Shown: positions 60,661 through 64,000 of the stretch, one piece after another
How positions within the stretch are numbered: the first letter of the stretch is position 1
Layout of the letters: each line of letters starts with the position of its first letter
Source of the DNA: Candidatus Bathyarchaeota archaeon
GTDB taxonomy: Archaea > Thermoproteota > Bathyarchaeia > Bathyarchaeales > Bathycorpusculaceae
Direction of reading: 5' to 3'
NCBI GenBank assembly: GCA_963741005.1
Contig: CAVUGQ010000005.1
Location: 271,965 to 335,964 of the forward strand
DNA: 64,000 bases
Translations under genes and position numbers: made by a program
The notes under the pieces: model-generated
What the model was told of the DNA's origin: nothing
The model's input: the letters and a program-made list of their open reading frames with translations, nothing else
Database searches by the model: none

Positions 60661-60740
60661 CCTTGACAAATCCCAGTCAAGGAAGTTTGACAAAAAACCA
60701 CTTAAGCAAACTCACTCACATAACATAACAGGAACGTCAC
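60661..60740 (+). promoter_or_regulatory. Conserved MPKKLLATT-operon promoter block with palindrome CCTTGAC-N8-GTCAAGG
   Basis: Read directly. Confidence 0.6.
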
Positions 60741-61601
60741 ATGCCAAAGAAACTCTTGGCAACAACAATCATCCTAACAATAATCTTAGCGTTTGTTGTT
60801 GGGATACAAGCAGTTGAATTAGTAGGTGCTAATCCTTATGGCGTTATTTGGCCCACGGAGATAGCTGCGCCTCCAAGTGTGAAGCTTGATGTCAAAATAT
60901 CCTCGCCGGTGGATGGTGCAGTATACACCAATGGGACACTCGATGTTTGCTTCAACGTAACATTGATTGACCCAAACTCGTTGGCTGATTCGCTTTATAT
61001 GAGCTTTTACAAAGGCGATTGGATGAAGGATGCCGTATGGTGCCCCTTTATGGTCAAATCGAACGTTTGGCATAGCACGGATTTTTTGCCGTTCAACTTT
61101 ACTATAATTGAAGTACCTTATGGTCGCCACAGTTTAGAAATTTCACCAACAGCCCAAGGAACTTTCATCCGTAATGGTACCGCCTATCATTTTCACCTTA
61201 ATAAAACAATATCGGTAAATTTCTTTATGCGCTCTAATCCTGTGATTGCTTTCCTAACCACCCAAAATACTACTTCTACAAATTCGACCTTTCCCTTGAA
61301 CTTCACAATTGACCATCCTGTTACAGAAATGGCTTACCGCTTAGATGGGCAAGAATCCGTTCCAATCACCGGAAATATCACCTTAAGCGACCTACCTAAT
61401 GGTCAACATAACGTTACTGTTTACGCAACAGACGAGTTTGGCTATACTGGCAAATCAAACACTCTCCTCTTCAACGTTAACTCTCCAGAGGTTGGAGAAT
61501 TTTCATTGGTGCCCTCGGTGGCTCCTTTCACGATTGCAGCCATCGCCTTAACTGCTGCCGGCTTGTTGGTTTACTCTAGGAGAAGAAAGGGTAAGGCATG
61601 A
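60741..61601 (+). CDS. Operon-leading surface-family protein (MPKKLLATT)
   Basis: Similar to the 52549 product (KGDWMKDAVWCPF). C-terminus LLVYSRRRKGKA. Confidence 0.7.
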   Translation: MPKKLLATTIILTIILAFVVGIQAVELVGANPYGVIWPTEIAAPPSVKLDVKISSPVDGAVYTNGTLDVCFNVTLIDPNSLADSLYMSFYKGDWMKDAVWCPFMVKSNVWHSTDFLPFNFTIIEVPYGRHSLEISPTAQGTFIRNGTAYHFHLNKTISVNFFMRSNPVIAFLTTQNTTSTNSTFPLNFTIDHPVTEMAYRLDGQESVPITGNITLSDLPNGQHNVTVYATDEFGYTGKSNTLLFNVNSPEVGEFSLVPSVAPFTIAAIALTAAGLLVYSRRRKGKA

Positions 61602-62230
61602 AGAGAAGATATACCGTATTTACCGTAGTCTTTGTTATCTCATTTTTTATTGGGATACAAGCAATTGAGGTGGTAGATGCTAATCCCCTTCACCACCATA
61701 GTATTGCTATTATGGCTACCACTATTCAATCTACATCAAATGTAACCATTACACCTTCATTTCCTCAAACAACTGAACTGTCAGTTCCAGAGGACCCTGG
61801 AGTTGGGGGTTTTAGTGTTCTGGTTCCAAGCAATGTCACTTTGGGGAGAACCTTTGAAGTAGGACTGTTTGCACTGTATGCTAATGGTTATTGGGACAGA
61901 AATTTTACAGGTTCTGTTAGCTTTAGTGCAAGTAAAGGTACAATCAGCCCATCCATGTCTGGTGCATTTACTGAAGGCAGTTGGAGAGGTTTTATAAATA
62001 TGAGTGAGGCTGGCTCTGATATAGTAGTTTATGTAAACGACGGAAATGGTCACACAGGAAGGAGTACTCCTATATCTGTATACCAGATAAATCCAACTCC
62101 CACTTCATCTGCTAATTCAACCCCAACTCCTTCCGTTCCAGAGTTTTCTTGGTATATAATACTGCCTCTTTTAGCCTCAATACTTGCCGTAGCTCTAATC
62201 CATAAGTACCGCCAAGTCAAGAAAACTTGA
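61598..62230 (+). CDS. Surface-family protein with HHH motif, near-identical inverted copy of 3878..4510
   Basis: See 3878..4510. Confidence 0.75.
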   Translation: MKRRYTVFTVVFVISFFIGIQAIEVVDANPLHHHSIAIMATTIQSTSNVTITPSFPQTTELSVPEDPGVGGFSVLVPSNVTLGRTFEVGLFALYANGYWDRNFTGSVSFSASKGTISPSMSGAFTEGSWRGFINMSEAGSDIVVYVNDGNGHTGRSTPISVYQINPTPTSSANSTPTPSVPEFSWYIILPLLASILAVALIHKYRQVKKT

Positions 62231-62304
62231 CAAACCCCAGAAAAGAAAGTTTGACAAAAAACCACTTAAGCTAACTCAATCACATAATATAGCAGGAACG
62301 ATAT
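62216..62304 (+). promoter_or_regulatory. Conserved promoter block with GTCAAGaaaaCTTGAC palindrome
   Basis: Read directly. Mirror of 3804-3877. Confidence 0.6.
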
Positions 62305-62916
62305 ATGCCAAAGAAAATCTTGGCGACAACAATTATAATGGTATTAGCAATTGAAATTCTATCATTAATTTCTGTTGTGAGTGCAAATTTTACTCCAGTA
62401 CCTCAAGTTGTAATCGGATCTCCTCGTGAACGCTATAACGCCCCTTGGATAACGTATGAGAAAACTTGCATCCCACTCGAAATCAGGGTTATAGTATCAG
62501 AGGATTCTTTGCCAATTGCCCGTGTTCTCTACAGTATAGACGGAGAAGCCAACATTACACTTACCGATATGACAAATACACATGCGTACTGGATAGACTT
62601 TTATGAAGTTTCAGTGGGTTCAAACCTCACTAACTTAAGGGAAGGCAATCATGCCATAAGTGCCTATTCATTTGACAGCAAAGGCGAAGTAATGGCAGCA
62701 ACAAGAAACTTTGCAGTTAGCAACTCCACTTTCTACAGTCAACCATCGCCATCAACTCATATCCCACATACAACGCCGCCTCCAAAAGGAAGCTTCGACT
62801 ACTATATCCGCACTCTGCCGATATACACGTTTGTTATAATGGGAATATTTATCGTTATCATGGCAGCGGTGGGTTTCTTTGCCCTATTCAAGTGGGCGAA
62901 AGCTAAAACTGCTTAA
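62305..62916 (+). CDS. Operon-leading surface-family protein (MPKKILATT) with C-terminal TM plus KWAKAKTA
   Basis: Signal. C-terminal TM. Confidence 0.65.
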   Translation: MPKKILATTIIMVLAIEILSLISVVSANFTPVPQVVIGSPRERYNAPWITYEKTCIPLEIRVIVSEDSLPIARVLYSIDGEANITLTDMTNTHAYWIDFYEVSVGSNLTNLREGNHAISAYSFDSKGEVMAATRNFAVSNSTFYSQPSPSTHIPHTTPPPKGSFDYYIRTLPIYTFVIMGIFIVIMAAVGFFALFKWAKAKTA

Positions 62917-63195
62917 CAAGGAATGTAAAACCTCATAAGGCAACAGCAACCAATGAGAATGTGTGGATATGAGAGAGCTATTATCTGCCTATGCTTACGT
63001 TCTTCTGTTACCCTCTAACTTTTTGTTAGTCCAGAAACTGTGAAAAATCTCATTTGATGAAATTTACGATAACCTTTATTTTCAGTTGATTAATAAAACA
63101 AGTATAAGGATAGAAATTCAACAATAAAATACCAGTAATAAAACCTTAAAACATTAAGAACCAAATATTAAAATAATGAACCACAGGGAGCAAAT

Positions 63196-64000
63196 TTGCT
63201 TAAAAAAAGAAATGCTTCTATCAAGAGAATTTCGATAGTCATATTCCTATCAATTGTTCTTTTAATTTCAATCGAACTGCAAAGCTCTAATACAGTCAGA
63301 GCAAACCCCATGTATACCCAGATTCCGCCAAAGGTCGGAGTTACTGGAGCGAATATTCATTCTTCAATTTCAAGTTCCAGTGGAGTATTTTGGGCAAATG
63401 TTGATGCAGAATATCATATGCATACCATCTACGGTTTCGGAGATAGTTATGTTGCTCGAAACAGCGGGATGGGCTTGGTGACAGACCCCTCACCTTATGT
63501 AACTGTTACAGTCACACAAAATACATTAGAAGCTCACTATCCAATTCCAACAAATATAACTAACCTATCAGTAAAGATAAATAACCAAGAAATTAAATGG
63601 CAAATAGATAACAAGGGATTTTTCCATATTTTTGATGCCAATCTTGCGGAAGTAAATTGGACAGTTTCTCCAGTTCCAAGCGATTTTCTTGTGACAGTTC
63701 ACTATGAACAACCCATTCCAAAAACCAGTTCATCTTATGGCTATTTGGGAGATTATGCATTAATAATTCCTGTGTATGGACGTTATGGCTGTAGCAGTAT
63801 TTCATATCCTCTCTATTCTTGGTTCGAATATTTACCTGAAAAATTCAACATACAGGTCGAGCCGTTTTCAAATAAGATACAAGCCTATTCTATACATACT
63901 AATGGGACACTAACACCATTAAACTACACTAATTCAAATTCAAATGAATTGGTAATTTCTCAAGAAAATGAAGATTTCCCATTTATTCATGGTGCGGTTA
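63196..64000 (+). CDS. Secreted protein (partial; runs off the window), paralog of 56294..57145
   Basis: TTG start. Signal ISIVIFLSIVLLISIELQSSNTVRANP. Confidence 0.5.
   Translation, partial: MLKKRNASIKRISIVIFLSIVLLISIELQSSNTVRANPMYTQIPPKVGVTGANIHSSISSSSGVFWANVDAEYHMHTIYGFGDSYVARNSGMGLVTDPSPYVTVTVTQNTLEAHYPIPTNITNLSVKINNQEIKWQIDNKGFFHIFDANLAEVNWTVSPVPSDFLVTVHYEQPIPKTSSSYGYLGDYALIIPVYGRYGCSSISYPLYSWFEYLPEKFNIQVEPFSNKIQAYSIHTNGTLTPLNYTNSNSNELVISQENEDFPFIHGAV

Noticed and set aside
1-64000. CRISPR arrays, rRNA and tRNA genes
   Set aside because: No regularly spaced short direct repeats and no recognisable tRNA or rRNA sequence blocks found by eye.

Overview
The 64-kb window reads as an archaeal accessory region. 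This call rests on TATA/BRE-like AT boxes about 25 nt upstream of leaderless ATG starts, very dense N-x-S/T sequons, and PEF-CTERM-like C-terminal sorting signals. Three layers are visible.

(1) Surface-protein family. Two mirror-oriented clusters (1-7170 on the minus strand, 51366-64000 on the plus strand) hold more than 25 paralogous small secreted proteins. Each has an N-terminal signal such as MKRRYAVFAVIFAVS...ANP or MPKKLLATT. The C-terminus is PE(F/L/I), then a TM helix, then R/K-rich YFKRRKGKP, consistent with archaeosortase-substrate tails. Genes are translationally coupled through ATGA overlaps and preceded by conserved promoter/operator blocks. An inverted, near-identical ~700-bp gene-plus-promoter copy at 3803-4510 and 61598-62305 brackets the whole segment.

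(2) Tailed-virus morphogenesis cluster, about 16.6-47.4 kb, HK97-like. The order is TerL, portal, Mu-F C-terminal domain, protease/scaffold, capsid, connectors, major tail, tape measure, LamG tail fiber, then four tandem divergent ~230-aa paralogs. No integrase or replication genes are visible in the window, so this may be a provirus remnant or a GTA-like element. It is interrupted by moron-like genes.

(3) An 8.5-kb cargo insertion between portal/MuF and protease. It holds a membrane wHTH protein, two paralogous REC-PAS-HisKA-HATPase hybrid sensors whose PAS domains carry Cys triads, and a SAM methyltransferase. Each sensor sits behind an identical ~235-bp promoter repeat and a fragment of the protease gene 5' end.

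Other items:
- A ParB-nuclease gene followed by an ABC ATPase that runs into a GNAT ORF through a -1 overlap at an A7 tract.
- 125-bp direct repeats that each carry a conserved small ORF.
- A DUF3494 ice-binding-like protein.
- A UPF0175/PIN toxin-antitoxin pair.
- Several frameshifted family genes.

All calls come from reading the sequence and translations; no database searches were run.
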